This document shows, one piece after another, positions 1 to 14,068 of a stretch of DNA of 64,000 nt (within the stretch, counting starts at the first letter, position 1; the number at the start of each line of letters is the position of its first letter). The notes below the pieces were generated by a model. It was given only the letters and a program-made list of their open reading frames with translations, made no database searches and was not told where the DNA came from. The translations under genes were made by a program, and so were the position numbers. Location: assembly GCF_006345805.1 (NCBI RefSeq), contig NC_043006.1, positions 13,888,001 to 13,952,000 on the forward strand, in the 5' to 3' direction. The stretch comes from Octopus sinensis. Taxonomy: Eukaryota.

Positions 1-324
1 TTGCAAGTCAACGCCAGACTTCACATCACAAAAACGACATTGGCGAAACCACTGAAGTTGGAGTTGGAAGTTCTCCCTCATCCACCATATTCACCAGATC
101 TTGACCCCACTGACTACCACTTCTTCCAGAATTTAGTTAACTTTTTGATAAGAAAAAAAAATAATTCCGACGATGCAGTTAAACAGGCCTTCGAAGATTT
201 TATTGACTCTAGATTGCCAGGCTTTTACAGTTCTGGGCTAGACAAGCTACCGCTGAAATGGCAAAAGTGTATTGATAATATGGGTGCATACTTTGATGAA
301 TATAACTATTCCTTGTATTTATAA
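1..324 (+). mobile_element. Mariner (DD34D-type) transposase, C-terminal part, cut by window edge
   Basis: ORF 1..324 contains EVLPHPPYSPDLDPTDYHFF and ends KWQKCIDNMGAYFD, the mariner third-Asp motif and C-terminus. Confidence 0.9.
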
Positions 325-599
325 AACATTAGCAAACTTTTTTCTTTTCTCCAAATTTCATACTTGACGATCTCAGATATATATATATATATAAGTAGTA
401 AGTGAAGGGAGGAATTTCGACCGGTTTCTCTTTCGCTATTCATGATATTATGGATTACTTATTTGAATATGTATTTTAAGAAGAAATTTTATCCATGTTG
501 TGTGTGATGATATTTACGAGTAAATGAAAGCACAAGTAGAAAAATAAGGGGAGGTAATTGGTTTTCGTTATTATTGTTATTGTTGTGGGCAAGGGAGAT

Positions 600-2500
600 A
601 ACTGTTCAGATTTTGGTAAGGGGAGGGGAATATATATGTACAGACAAAAAGGTTTCGAAAAACTTGTTTAATGAGGAGATTTATGTGTAATGATGTAATT
701 GTGAATTGAAATATGTAAAAAGATAAAAGTTGGTTATGTGTGCATATTAAGGCGTGTTCTGTATTTTTCAATGAAAAAAGTTTCTTTATTTAAACGTTTC
801 TGTAGATAGATTGTGTCTTTGCACTGGTAGAAGTGGAATACTGTGAAATTTGGTTTGATGTTATATGCACATTTTTCCATGTGTTCACTGAGAGGAATTT
901 GCCTGTATTGCGGGAAACGGATTTGCTCTTTATGTAGAGTAGTTCTCTTTCTTAAGGACATACTCGTCTGTCCAATATAGTTGTGTCCGCAACCCAAGCA
1001 GGTTATTACATAAATTAGGTTCTCAGAGGCACAAGTGAAACTAGTTTTAATTGTGAACCTCTGTCCTTGTTTGAAAAGGAAATCCGAGCCTTCAAGTAGG
1101 TTGGGGCAGGTTCCACAGTTTGGGCGTCCACATTTTTTAACCGTTGGTTTCTTGGTTGTTTTCTAAAGCTTCGCATTTGTTAGTAGTCTCTTTAGCGATT
1201 TGTGTTGCCTTTTGCATTTGATGAGTTTATGTGTTTTCAGGATGTCGTTCATTTTTGGATCTCTAGTTAGTAATGGAAGATTTTGCACAATAGTGTTGAA
1301 TGCCCCACTGTTTCTGGGGTTGTGTGTTGATATAAATAGTAATGTTTTGAGATGAGGTGTGATGTTATGTTTTATTATTCTTAGTGTTTCTATGTCTAAT
1401 TGTTTGGCACGTTTAATTCCCTCGTCTATAAGTGAGGGTGGATATTGTCTTTCAATAAGTGTTGTTTTGAGGTCTTGAAGACGAAGCTCCCGAGTTGTTC
1501 TATCAGACACTATTGTGCAGATCCTTTTTTGCTAAGTTGAAAGGGATGTTTATTTTGATGTGTTTCGGGTGGCATGAGTTAAAGAGGAGATATTGTTTTG
1601 AACCAGTTGGTTTATAATAGATGTCAGTTATAATTTGATAGTTGACTTGTTATCATGATGTCAAAAATGGGAGTTGTTCTTTGTTATATTCCATTGTGAA
1701 TTGAATGTTACTATTTATATCATTTAGTGCTGATTTTAAATCTAAAAGTTTGTTGATGTTCTCCTTCCAAATGATAAAACAGTCATCCAGGTATCTTTTC
1801 CAATTTTCTCTAATGTAGAGATAAAATGGGTAACCATATTTCTGAAGTGATACTTCATATAAGGTGAATTCAAAATAACCCATTATTAGGTTCGCAAGAA
1901 CACGGGTTGCTTTTGTTTCCATCACAATTCCGCATTTCTGACGATAGTATGTGTCATCAAATAGGAAATAATTGTTCTGAAGTATAAATTTTATAGATTC
2001 AATAATAAAGATCTGATTTATGCGTTCCGAGAGTACTTCGGGGTACTTTTCCAACCAGAATTTAATTGCTTTTATTCCATAGTCATGGGGGTGTTGGTGT
2101 AAAGATTGATAACAATATTGCCTCTTCATTAATTGTTTTGGTAGGTGTCTAAATCATCTCTAATGAAACTTTCGATGTATTTCAGCAAAGGTTTCAGAAG
2201 GATGTCTAGAAAATTGCTTAGGCGGTGGGTTTCACAGGCTGGCCCAGCTACAATGGGTCTTAAAATTAAGTCTTCTGGCGTTTGGATATTTATGCATTAG
2301 CCTGGTGATTGTTTGCAGACATTATTGATCATCTTGATCTTGTGTATTTTAGGAAGGCCGTAAAAAAGACCGGGTTTACATTTGAAGTTCGTGATGTAGT
2401 CTGTTTCTTTTTCTGTCTGGCCTTTTCCATGTAGAAGAATAGTTTTTTTTTTTCTCTTTTTTTTTATATTCAGTTGAATACACGCCATTCATTGAGTGGT
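600..2500 (-). mobile_element. Degenerate Penelope-like retroelement (RT + GIY-YIG)
   Basis: ORF fragments 2297..2488 (FYGLPKIHK), 1653..2129 (WKRYLDDCF), 1163..1510 (thumb) and 734..997 (CGHNYIGQT); colinear with the element at 19551-21731. Confidence 0.9.
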
Positions 2501-2549
2501 TGGAATTACCGAGATACGAAAACTTTAACACGAAATAACATTGAAAATA

Positions 2550-2670
2550 CAAACTTTTCTCAACAACACTAAGAGTAAAAGATGTTTTATATGACACATT
2601 CTAACAGTCTCCGAAATTTGAAAGAGTTTAGTTACAAAAAATTAATTTCTTGATCTGCCGTTCAAAGTGT
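2550..2670. mobile_element. Degenerate partial copy of the GGATC-TIR MITE
   Basis: Resembles 37015-37130 (AAGATGTTTT..ACACATTCTA..CTGCCGTTCAAA). Confidence 0.55.
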
Positions 2671-3147
2671 AAATATCCATAAAATGTAATTTTAAAAAGA
2701 AGTTCCATAAAAAACATTTGTTCTTATCAAAATTATTGCTACATGAAAGAGTTTTTGTAGCTGACATTGATTTTTAACAAAAGCGGAAAACCTTACGTTT
2801 ATAAGATGGAATAAGAATATAGTTAAATATATCTACCACCAGTATTTCACTGGTACATAAGTATCCTACGAAGAACGAAGGATACACCTAAATGAAGGAT
2901 GATTGCTAAATACCTCATAGAATTTTGTTCGTCATTCTTTTGTGTAATATTCAATACTGGTAAATCGGCTTTAGTTTATGGTTCTTCCAATTTAGTTGCT
3001 GTATTTATCAGTTTATCTGACGATGCATTCTATATATTTGATGCACACACACACTAGTATCATTCACTACAAGTTTTGATTAGAAACCCCCAAAATGTCT
3101 GCATGTGCACACAATGAGCAGACTAAAGGAAAAGTGAAGAAATTTTT

Positions 3148-3314
3148 AGGCGCAGGAGTGGCTGTGTGGTAAGTAGCTTCCTAACCAACCACATGGTTCG
3201 AGTCCAGTCCCACTGCGTGGCATCTTGGGCAAGTGTTTCTTCTGCTATAGCCCCGGGCCGACCAATGCCTTGTGAGTGGATTTGGTAGACGGAACTGAAA
3301 GAAGCCTGTCTATA

Positions 3315-3358
<44 letters not shown>

Positions 3359-3590
3359 TGTGTGTGTTTGTGTGTTTGTGTTTGTGTTTGTCCCCCTAGC
3401 ATTGCTTGACAACCGATGCTGGTGTGTTTATGTCCCCGTCACTTAGCGGTTCGGCAAAAGAGACCGATAGAATAAGTACAGGGCTTACAAAGAATAAGTC
3501 CTGGGGTCGATTTGCTCGACTAAAGGCGGTGCTCCAGCATGGCCGCAGTCAAATGACTGAAACAAGTAAAAGCGTAAAGAGTAAGAGAGT
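3148..3590 (+). mobile_element. SINE family A (tRNA-like head, CORE-like segment, internal microsatellite, CR1-type tail)
   Basis: AGGCGCAGGAGTGGCTGTGTGGTAAG head; GCATCTTGGGCAAGTG CORE-like motif; internal (TA)n(TG)n; tail CCAGCATGGCCGCAGTCAAATGACTGAAACAAGTAAAAG; many copies in window. Confidence 0.9.
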
Positions 3591-4555
3591 GGGGTCAAAA
3601 AAAAGTCTTTCTGAAAATAGTAGCTGAAAAACAGGGAAAAAAACTAAAAGCAGTAGAAATGCACGAACGTTATGGTGGTGCCATGAAGTAAACCTGCTTC
3701 AGATACACTCGTTTATTCAAACAAAGGTAACTGAGATGAAATATGTCATAAATAACAGTGACAAACGAAATATAAACTGCCAGAAGCTGTTGCTGACAAA
3801 CAACAGCTGTGATTTTATTCAGCTGAATACACATCATTGATTGATTGATTGAAATTACCGAGATAAATATTTAACTAACCTACCTCGTTTACAGTCCTGA
3901 TTGGTCGAGCAACGTTTATGTAAGCGTTCATATCTTTTATAGTAACACTTTTCCTTCTATGCAAATATATTAGTTTGTGGATATAGACTGAGAAAATCTA
4001 AGAACTATGGTTCAAATCTCAACGGGCGTATCACTACAGATTGGAGAACTAGATATTCCATCAAAATATTTAATGTGGAATACAGCGGCATAAGTTTATA
4101 TATTTTGTGAAGGGGAATAAAAGAAGGTTTCTACTATATATGGTCGCCTGATTGGCTAGAAATAGCGATTAGATCTCCCTAAGAGAAGAAAAAGAAGAAT
4201 ATATTCTGCAAGTGATTTTTTTTTACTACATTATATTTCTTGCTATTTCACTGCTCTTTGAGAATACCTCATGCTATTTAACGGTGGCAAACAGTTGTTT
4301 AAATTAGAAAGTGTCTTCGCAGTCATTTAGATATGAAGTCTATCTCACGGCACCGCCTCCTCGTATAGAACCAAACTGATCAAGTATTATATGGAATGAA
4401 TTGAATAGTATTTCTATATATCAAAAAGCATTAAATAATGCTTCTACCTTCCTAGTTATAATTAATTTGATGAACGTAATACTTTAAGCAATGTTATCTT
4501 TCCAAAAACTGTTAACCCTGATATTTCTATTGAATACATTCACAATATACATATA

Positions 4556-5768
4556 CAGTGGTTGGACAAAACAATAGAAACACCTCGCATCATAGCATCA
4601 TAATTTTGAAATATCTATAAAACCGTCAAAAGCTTGTTTATTTTTATGTATTTTTTTATTTATTATTAGTGTTGCTTAAAATGTTTTGCTAAAATTGCTG
4701 TTTCTTCTCAGGTATCATCGGAAAAGGAAGAGGCTAAATTGGTTGGGCTCGTATGGCAGCCGCTAGCGTAGCAAAAACATCCGAAATGTTTGGTGTATCA
4801 AGAAGTACTGTCTCGAAAGTAATGACAGCATTTGAGAAAGAGGGAAAAACCTCCTCGTCGAAACAAAACTCCGGAAGAAAACCAAAACTTTCATATAGGG
4901 ACCATCAGACTCTTACACGAATTGTTAGAAAGGAACACAAAAGTACAGCTCCCAAAATTACTGCAGAGCTTAATGACCACCACGAGAACCCAATTTCCAC
5001 AAAAACTGTTCGCCGTGAGCTGCACAATGCCGGATTTAACGAGAAGGCTGCAATCAAAAAACCACTACTTTCAAAAACGAACGTTGCAAAGTGTTTAAAG
5101 TGGAGTAAAAACCTACAGAATTGGTCCCTAGAGCAGTGGAAGAAAGTTATTTTCTCGGACGAGTCATCATTTACTATATTTCCGACCACCGGTCGAGTAT
5201 ACGTCTGGAGACAGCCGAAAGAAGCACTTGACCCAGACTGCCTTCTTCCAACTGTTAAACATGGAGGAGGATCCGAGATGATTTGGGGGGCTATATCTTG
5301 GAAATCTGCCGGCCCAAAGGTTTCTCTTCATGGCAGAATTAATAGTCAATACTATTAATTTTATCTGATTAAATTCATCCTATGCTTGCGGAACTGCTAT
5401 CTTTCAGGATGATAATGCATCAATTCACACAACTGAAGTTGTTACTGAATGGCACGAGGAGCATTCTAGTGAAGTTGAACATCATATCTGACCACCACAG
5501 TCCCCATATCTCAATATTACCAAGCATTTATGGTACATTTTAGAAAAACAAGTAAGGAGTCGATATCCTCCACCATCATCACTACAAGAACTGGAGACTG
5601 CTTTAGCTGAAGAATGGACAAAAATTCCTTTGGAAACAATTCAAACTTTGTACGAGTCCATACCTCGTAGAATTCTAGCTGTAATTATTACCAAAGGCGA
5701 TCCTACCACATATTAAAATAATTTTGTTTGAAATTTTAAGGTGTTTCCATTATTTTGTCCAACTCCTG
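4556..5768 (+). mobile_element. Tc1-like DNA transposon, full length with TIRs, transposase disrupted
   Basis: TA|CAGTGGTTGGACAAAACAATAGAAACACCT ... AGGTGTTTCCATTATTTTGTCCAACTCCTG|TA; imperfect TIRs with TA TSD. Confidence 0.9.
4753..5358 (+). pseudogene. Tc1 transposase N-terminal two-thirds
   Basis: HTH, SGRKPKL, VIFSDES, TVKHGGGSEMIWG; remainder (FQDDNASIH, PPQSPYLN) lies downstream after stop/frameshifts. Confidence 0.88.
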
Positions 5769-6030
5769 TACATATATATGTGTATATATCCATCTACCTA
5801 TATTTCTATTTATCGATATTTCAATGCATGTATGTGTGTATACGTGCATAAAAGCGTGTATGTTATATGTGCGTCAGCATGCATATATGCAAACGTGTAC
5901 AGATGCATGTTTGAATATCTATACGTATGATTATACGTATATATGTGCGTGTGTTTGCATGTATGAATATGTATGTATGCGTGCATGCATGCATGTATGC
6001 ATGTGTACATATATGTATGTGTATAGTTAA
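5769..6030. repeat. Cryptic (AT/GT/ATGC) microsatellite mosaic
   Basis: Alternating purine-pyrimidine low-complexity sequence. Confidence 0.85.
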
Positions 6031-6666
6031 TATAAATATTAATTGCTGATAGCAAATTCTGCACACTTTAGAAAGATAACAGTTTAATTTACAATTTAAG
6101 TTCAGCATATAAATTGCCGCTTCAAATACATAAAATTCATTTCAGGAAATCCATCCCAGCATGCATATGTTGAACCATGAACATTCACAATCAGAAAAGC
6201 ATTCTAAGATCTATAACTTCGAAAAGGATACACCTACACATAAAAGCGCTAAGCAAATAGAGGAAATCACCAGTTTACACAGGGAGTGGGTGAAAACAAC
6301 ATACGTTATTCAGAAGAAGCTTTAGACATCTTACGACAAACCGACAAATTTCACATTACGTCCTACTAGGACGTGCAAAGTTTATTAAATACTTCTCTCA
6401 TAAGTGAAACAATAAAAGTTATATTTCGTAATATGTATATTCAAAGATCAATAAAGAATTCATTATGTTAAGAAATGTCAAGAAAGTTTCTCCTGGGCTA
6501 AACAACAGGCATTTTCTCATGATGAGACGAAACGTGCGTGCAATACATAGAATCAGTACATGGCACATGGCGTCGATGCGGCTGCGTGTATGTTATAACA
6601 ATAGTTCGTAATGAGATGGAAGAATAAATTCACGATCTATATATTTACTGCACAAAAATATATTTT

Positions 6667-7030
6667 ACTAGCAGTATCGCCCGGCGTTGCTCGGGTTTGT
6701 TTCGACCCTTTAGAATTGGAATTTTTGAAAAGTAAACATTTTGCATTGTGTAGCTTGTTATTCACTTTAAGTGAGCATTTTTCTGGTGGAAATACACTGA
6801 AAAATGGCGACACACAGCAGTCAAAAAATCGTAAAAAATAGGGATTTTCATGGAAAAAAGTACCTTTTTGATGTAAATAATTTTATCTTTTACGGAAGGA
6901 AGAGCAAGCCTTCCTCTATCATACTCTCAATTTTGGTCAACTTGCGCCGCAGGGTCTCGGAGGAGATAGTGTTAGTTGAAGGCTACCAAACCTGCCACAC
7001 ACAGACAACTTCGGCTTTATATAGAGAGAT
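6667..7030 (+). mobile_element. Non-autonomous Helitron/Helentron-type element (HINE-like)
   Basis: Starts ACTAGCAGTATCGCCCGGCGTTGCTCGGG, ends ACTTCGGCTTTATATAGAGAGAT, T-rich junctions; same ends at 9890-10282; superfamily call from recalled end motifs. Confidence 0.55.
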
Positions 7031-7429
7031 TTACTGGTCGATGATGTCACATAGAATAAAAATGTAGAATCTAGTTGAATGAAATAATCTATGCAAGAAA
7101 GTTCAGAGATAGAAACTATAGAAATAACAGCTAAGTGGTGGTTTTTAGTCATGTGGCGTAGAGAAATAGATGGACATAGCAATGACGTTAATGGCTCTAA
7201 GTCTAGTCGACTAAGAAGAGAAAAGCTGGGTTAGCAGGCTGTTTTTATTAATGGAACGCTAGACATTCTAGATACTTCCAAGAGAAACGCTAAGCTTCTT
7301 CAATAATTAAGAATCACGTTTCGTAAAACAGATGTTTCGAGAGACTTAGAAAAGTAGGTTACTCTGTGATCTTTCTTGCAAAGATCATTCAACTATCTAG
7401 CTACCTCTACAGTGTCAACCATGTATATG

Positions 7430-7450
7430 TGTTGGTATGTATGTGTGTGT

Positions 7451-7495
<45 letters not shown>

Positions 7496-7680
7496 ATTCT
7501 GTTTTATTTCAAGATCTTGCCAATAGAGAAAGAGCCAGTTTCTAACCTAGAATCAAGGCTCCTTCGTTGGAATTTCAACATCAACAACATCAACAACAGA
7601 ATAGTTTTGTTTGTATGTATGTATGTATGTATGTATGTATGTATGTATGTATGTATGTATGTATGTATGTATGCATGCAT
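7430..7680. repeat. (GT)n and (TATG)n microsatellites
   Basis: Direct inspection. Confidence 0.95.
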
Positions 7681-8416
7681 CAAGACTTAATTTAAAATGC
7701 ATATTCTCTAGTCCAGTGCCTAGATATGGATGCTGAAATCTCAAAGAGAATGGGGGCAAGGTGGAATGCATTTAACGCAATAAAGAATGTGCTAACTACA
7801 TGATAAATTCTTATAAAGATTTTATCCTATTTTTAAATTGTAAATTTAACCGGAGTATATTCAGTACTGAATTTCTATTCCGAATAAGCACGTTGTTACC
7901 GAAATGGAATTCGAAAAAGCCCGTCATTTACATATATGTGTAAAGGGTGAACATTTCTATATGCTACGTTGGATACATTGGTTGTTCGTCTGGTATCTTG
8001 ATTTTGTTCATTCATTATAAATTTTGAATTATGCTTGCACTGAGGATTAAAAAGTGGATTACCGCACTAATTAGGAAATCACAGTGATATGCAGCTAATT
8101 TCTGTTTTAAAATGACTTGCTACGAGAGTTGCATTCGGTACGATGTGTTTATTTATTTTGGTAGTTTTTACTTTAAGAGTCCCTCCTAGCGTGTGGAATT
8201 ACTGTATAGTAATGGCCTCTATATAATATATATATGCTCTCTTCGTGATATTCCTAGCATGGATCTTTCCATGGTTTGCGTCATACTCAATCGATGTTCT
8301 ATCTGCTTCATAATAAGACTCATTTGCGCAGGTACGACGGTACTTTTGAAGGATATGGCACGTGGATTGTTGGCGATTTTTCCTTATTTTTCCTTCTTTG
8401 TCTTTAGACTTTCCTC

Positions 8417-8449
8417 TTTCCGACAAAGAGCTATACTCAAAACGTTAAC
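8417..8449 (+). ncRNA. Degenerate hammerhead-like motif in a Penelope terminal-repeat relic
   Basis: TTTCCGACAAAGAGCTATACTCAAAACGTTAAC aligns with motifs at 19442 and 12387 but core is broken. Confidence 0.4.
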
Positions 8450-8589
8450 AATTCTCTCCTTTCACCGAGCATCAAATTAATAATGCTTGCGAACGTCCTC
8501 ACGTTTTCTCATTTCTTTTTCTGTTTTTAATTGTTGTTCTTTGAATTGACCATTTACTGCACGCTCAGACATGTATATGTATACGTGTG

Positions 8590-8673
<84 letters not shown>

Positions 8674-9889
8674 TATATATATATACATACATTCACTTCC
8701 ATTTACTTTCAGTCCATCAAATCCTCTCGCAAGATTTTGATCGACCCGAGGCTGTAGTAGAAGTTGGGGGGGGGGGTTATATACCCAGGCATATACCCCA
8801 CACACCAGGTATTCCATTCATTCCCCAGCCCCTATATGCTTAGCATAAATGTTGAAATATATAATATATTGAAATTTGGACATTTTTTTGTTTTATCAAC
8901 AACATCAGTAATATACCTTTTCCGTTATGAATTTTCTATCTCCAATAGCATATGGTATAATAAAATCTACTACAGGAATAGTTAAAATCTACGTAAATGT
9001 CAACATAATATCATCCCACAAAACAATATTATTCAAGAATTAGCGAATGAATGGCATTTATAATAAATCAAAAGAGGTTACAATCAGAAATACTGCACCG
9101 TAATTATGAAATGACAGGATACTCATTTAAGAATAGTGACTGATTCGGTTGAATATAACATAAAATGATCTGCTATTGATTATATCTTAAGAGCAATTAG
9201 AAATATAAGATTCACTTTACTCTCACCGATGAAAAGCTTCTCATTAACGTTATTATGGAAAATGTTGATGCTCCATTATCATTTGACTATCAGGCGTCAA
9301 TATTTTGTGAACTGAAAATTTTAGAATTTTTATCTACAAAGAGGAGGACATTTAAAGAAAAATTTTGGTTGTTTTTTTCTTTTTCTAGAAAAGGCTGGCT
9401 TCTGTATTTGCATTTTAACAGGAATATAGTAAATTCTTGGATGATATATAGGATTTATCATTTAAAACAAAGCTTTAGCGTGAAATGTCGAGCAAGGAAC
9501 AGTGAAATGACGTTTTAGCAATGACATTTAAGATTTAAAGCAATGACTTCGATTCGCGCACGTGAACAATCAACGACAATTATGAAATCAAGCTAATTAA
9601 ACAGTAATTAAAATATTACCCGTCCATGACAGGTCGCTCTAATTTCTAAATTACATCAATGACATAATAATTCCAACTGGCAACATCCATAATCGCACCG
9701 ATAGAGTGTGAGTATGACAATATACAATGGCAAAAATAATTACGCAGGTCTGTGAAATGGAATTTTTGAAAATTGTTTTGATAAGTGTATCTTACTTTAT
9801 GCATTTTTGTGATGCTGATTCGAAATATCAAAAAGACTCTTTTCCATTACCCTAAGGTTTTTTCACAAGTTAATGATAAAATATACCTA

Positions 9890-10282
9890 ACTAGCAGTAT
9901 CGCCCGGCGTTGCTCAGGTTTGTAAGGGAAATAACTATATAAGCATTTTTAGAGAGTTATAGCCAAAAATAGCAAAAAAATGCATTAAAAATGGAAAAAA
10001 AATGATTATTTTTTTTTAAATCGTTGGCTCATCGTAGACATTTTTAGAGAGTTACTTCCCTTATATAATAGCGAAAAAATGCATTAAAATGGAGAAAATG
10101 ATGGTAATTTTTTTTTAAATCGCAGACTCATCATAGACGCGCGCTAATACCCAGAAGGGCTCGATATGAATCACGACTATAAGATACCCGGTTTTGGTTA
10201 AACTGCACCGCAAAATGTGGGAGTAGTTAGGAATCTAAATCGTAGGAGATAGACACACAACTTGACTTTTATATATAAAGAT
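9890..10282 (+). mobile_element. Second HINE-like element
   Basis: ACTAGCAGTATCGCCCGGCGTTGCTC start, ACTTGACTTTTATATATAAAGAT end; interior differs from 6667-7030. Confidence 0.55.
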
Positions 10283-10339
10283 TTGTTGGTAAATCCACTT
10301 ATGTTAGGATAAAATGAAGCTAATAAAAATGAAATTGGT

Positions 10340-12170
10340 ACTTTATTTAGCAAAACGAAATTGCTCAAATGTAATTGAACGGTTAGAAAATAGCTTTTTT
10401 TTTTTTGCAAGAGCTCCATTCAATTTTTTTTCTATCCAGCACCTCAAAATCTCTTCTTTTTCAATACACCTGGAACTCCTCTTTCGCTTATGAGCATAAT
10501 CTGGACATTCATAGTGCAACGTCCAACAGTAGCCGGCCATCACATCGATATTCGATCTTCCCTGATATTTCTTTCCATTTCCTTGATGAAACCTTTCCCC
10601 CTGCTCCTCACTTACAAAATTTCCGGAAAGAAATCTAAACAGGCATTTAGAAAATAAATTTTAATCCATATTTTACATCCTACGACCTTGAGATATTCAA
10701 GCATTCTTCCCACTATGTGTTTGTAGTTTGGATCCTTGTGATTACCCAAGAAGTTCTTCATCACATCTTTAAAACTAATCCATGCATCGTTTTCAGAATC
10801 ATTAAGAGTGTCTTCAGAATGTTCGTCCTTGACGAGTTTCCTTATATCTGGTCCGACATATTATACACACTCTTCAACCTTGGCGTGTGACAGAGCAAGA
10901 AACTTGCTACGCATATGCATGAAGTTCTCTCCATCCTGTGACAAAGCTTTTACGAATTGTTTCATGAGACCAGGTTTTATATGTAGTGGAGCCAAAAGAA
11001 TCCTTTTCGGATCACCCAAACTTCCTCGAAGGTTATTTTTTATTCCTGCTGTAAGCGTATCTCTACTTGGCCATTCTTTTTCATAGATGTTTCTGGATCT
11101 ACTTCCCTATTCACTCAAAAAAAAAACAAGGAAATTCTGTGCAGCCTGACAGCTATCCAATAGCATACACTATTGTTTCCACGTTGCCGCAAATCATTCA
11201 GTTGTAATCTGTAAATTCGATCTTGTGCAAGAGTGACACCAACTTTTCTTGTTTCCTTCATGATCACTGAGTGTCGAACAGGTTTGCAAGCATATTCATT
11301 ACCATTTTACAATAGAAAAGCTTTAAAACTTCTCTTTGAAGTGTCAATAGAAATGTTTCCATTCATCGGGACAGTAACTTATGCCAAACTTTCCAAGTAG
11401 TCCGATGAATCTGTACAATAAACCAAAACCGAAATAAACAACAAATTATGGAGCGAAATAAGGAACAAATTCTTCTTTACGGTTACGATACCTAAAGAAA
11501 GTGCTAAAAGATTCTGGATTAAAGTTGGCGACCTAAAATCTCTTCTGCTTCCTTTACGACCTCTAAGTCCCTCACTAGATCATTTAATTCAGGTTAATTG
11601 AATAGATGAGTTTCATCTTAACTGCTACTGAAGTTTTCATCATCATTGCTACCCATGCTTTCTGACTCAGAACTCGAATGTGTCTTCAAGATTTCCTGGT
11701 GATGATGGTCCTGGAATGTCAGATCCGTGGATAACAGATCTGGATGAAAGAAATATTTTGGATAAATAAGGATTTTCCCGCTCTCGAACCGTGTCCCTGC
11801 ACCTTACATGAGCAAAAGTAACAGTCGTCATTAAATTTTAGGTTCCTTCCATATCTTTGGACTCCTAAAACGAAAAGTCTTCTTTATACGTTTCGTACAT
11901 TATCTTAGTTCTTCAACACAAATTGAGCTGGCCTTATGACGAGCCCACTTCCTATCTTGATCTCCATACCAAAGAAGGCGGGATGAGATATTTTGACAAA
12001 TTCGATAATGCTTCTCTGACATAAACTCGCCACAAATGTAGCAACAGCTTTCCGAGCTTTTTGCACATCGAGCACCTTTTAGAAGACATCCTGGTTTCAA
12101 ATGAAGTGGAGGTATGTAAGGAAAAGAGAAGGGGGTATTTTTAACAGCATACATTTGATTTGCCATCTAA
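10340..12170 (-). mobile_element. Degenerate DNA transposase, probably CMC/Chapaev3-like
   Basis: Minus-strand motifs CCYICGEF and GDQDRKWARH (ORF 11900..12166), HIKPGLMKQFVKAL and VGPDIRKL (about 10840-10990), GYCWTL..HKRK (ORF 10343..10543); superfamily assignment from memory of these motifs. Confidence 0.6.
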
Positions 12171-12239
12171 AATACATACATATCATTCAAGAAACATTGA
12201 AATATAACATGATACAATAAAACAAAGTGTGTATATATA

Positions 12240-12294
<55 letters not shown>

Positions 12295-12305
12295 CATATA
12301 TACTT

Positions 12306-12470
12306 AATCCAAACATGAAAACACAAAGAGAAAACACAACAACGCGAGGACGTGGAACAGGAAAGGAAAGGAAAGGAAGAATGAGGATTTAACGTTACGA
12401 GCGGAGCTCTTCGTCAGAAACATACGAAAAGGAAAGATCCAAGGCAGGGAAGACGAAGAAAGAAAATCGC

Positions 12471-12475
<5 letters not shown>
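12306..12475 (-). mobile_element. Penelope terminal-repeat (pLTR) fragment
   Basis: Reverse-complement homolog of 19385-19575 upstream of the Penelope ORF (TTGTTCCACGTCCTCGCGTTGTTGTG..TTTGGATT). Confidence 0.8.
12387..12421 (-). ncRNA. Minimal type I hammerhead-like motif (GAAA changed to GTAA)
   Basis: Minus strand GTTT-CTGACGA-A-GAGC TCC GCTC-GTAA-CGT-T-AAAT. Confidence 0.6.
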
Positions 12476-12524
<49 letters not shown>

Positions 12525-12570
12525 TATATACTTACATACAAGGCCATAGAAGGTATGGGCGCCGCTATAT

Positions 12571-13230
<660 letters not shown>

Positions 13231-13370
13231 ATATATATATATATATATTATATGTATATATATATATATATATAAATTTATATAAATAAGGATAAGATCG
13301 TTAATTTAAAAATAAAATAAGGATTTTATCAAGTGATCAACATGGAAAAATAACCTTCAAAGGTAATAAT

Positions 13371-13630
13371 TATTAAAATTATAAATTAGGGTATCTACGA
13401 GATACCACCATGCTGAAAATAGCAGCCATGATCTGACTCTAAAACCACCACAATTGTCCATATATCAACACGGAGAGAAGACAAAGAGACAATTCTTTAC
13501 TAGTTTCATCTTCTCTCTGTTTTCTCTCCGTGTTGATATATGGACAATTGTGGTGGTTTTAGCGTCAGATCATGGCTGCTATTTTCAGCATGGTGGTATC
13601 TCGTAGATACCCTAATTTATAATTTTAATA
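13371..13630. repeat. Near-perfect inverted repeat (109-bp arms, 42-bp spacer)
   Basis: 13371-13479 versus 13522-13630, one mismatch seen. Confidence 0.95.
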
Positions 13631-13641
13631 TATATATAGAG

Positions 13642-14068
13642 AGGCGCAGGAGTGGCTGTGTGGTAAGTAGCTTGTTTACCAACCACATGGTTCCGGGTTC
13701 AGTCCCTGGGTAAGTGTCTTCTACTATAGCCTCGGGCCAACCAAAGCTTTGTGAGTGGATTTGGTAGACGGAAACTGAAAGAAGCCTGTCGTATATATGT
13801 ATATATATATATATATATATAATATATATATAGATATATATATATATATGCGTGTGTGTGTTTGTGTGTCTGTATTTGTCCCCCTAGCATTGCTTGACAA
13901 CCGATGCTGGTGTGTTTATGTCCCCGTCACTTAGCGGTTCGGCAAAAGAAACCGATAAAATAAGTACTGGGCTTACAAAAGAATAAGTCCCGGGGTCGAG
14001 TTGCTCGATTAAAGGGGGTGCTCCAGCATGACCGCAGTCAAATGACTGAAACAAGTAAAAGAGTAAAA
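13642..14068 (+). mobile_element. SINE family A
   Basis: Full head to tail, small internal deletion after CAGTCCC. Confidence 0.9.

Noticed and set aside
3406-3627. Recurrent MTTDAGVF.. and MAFLLF../DCGHAGAPP.. ORFs resembling a multigene family
   Set aside because: They are translations of SINE A copies
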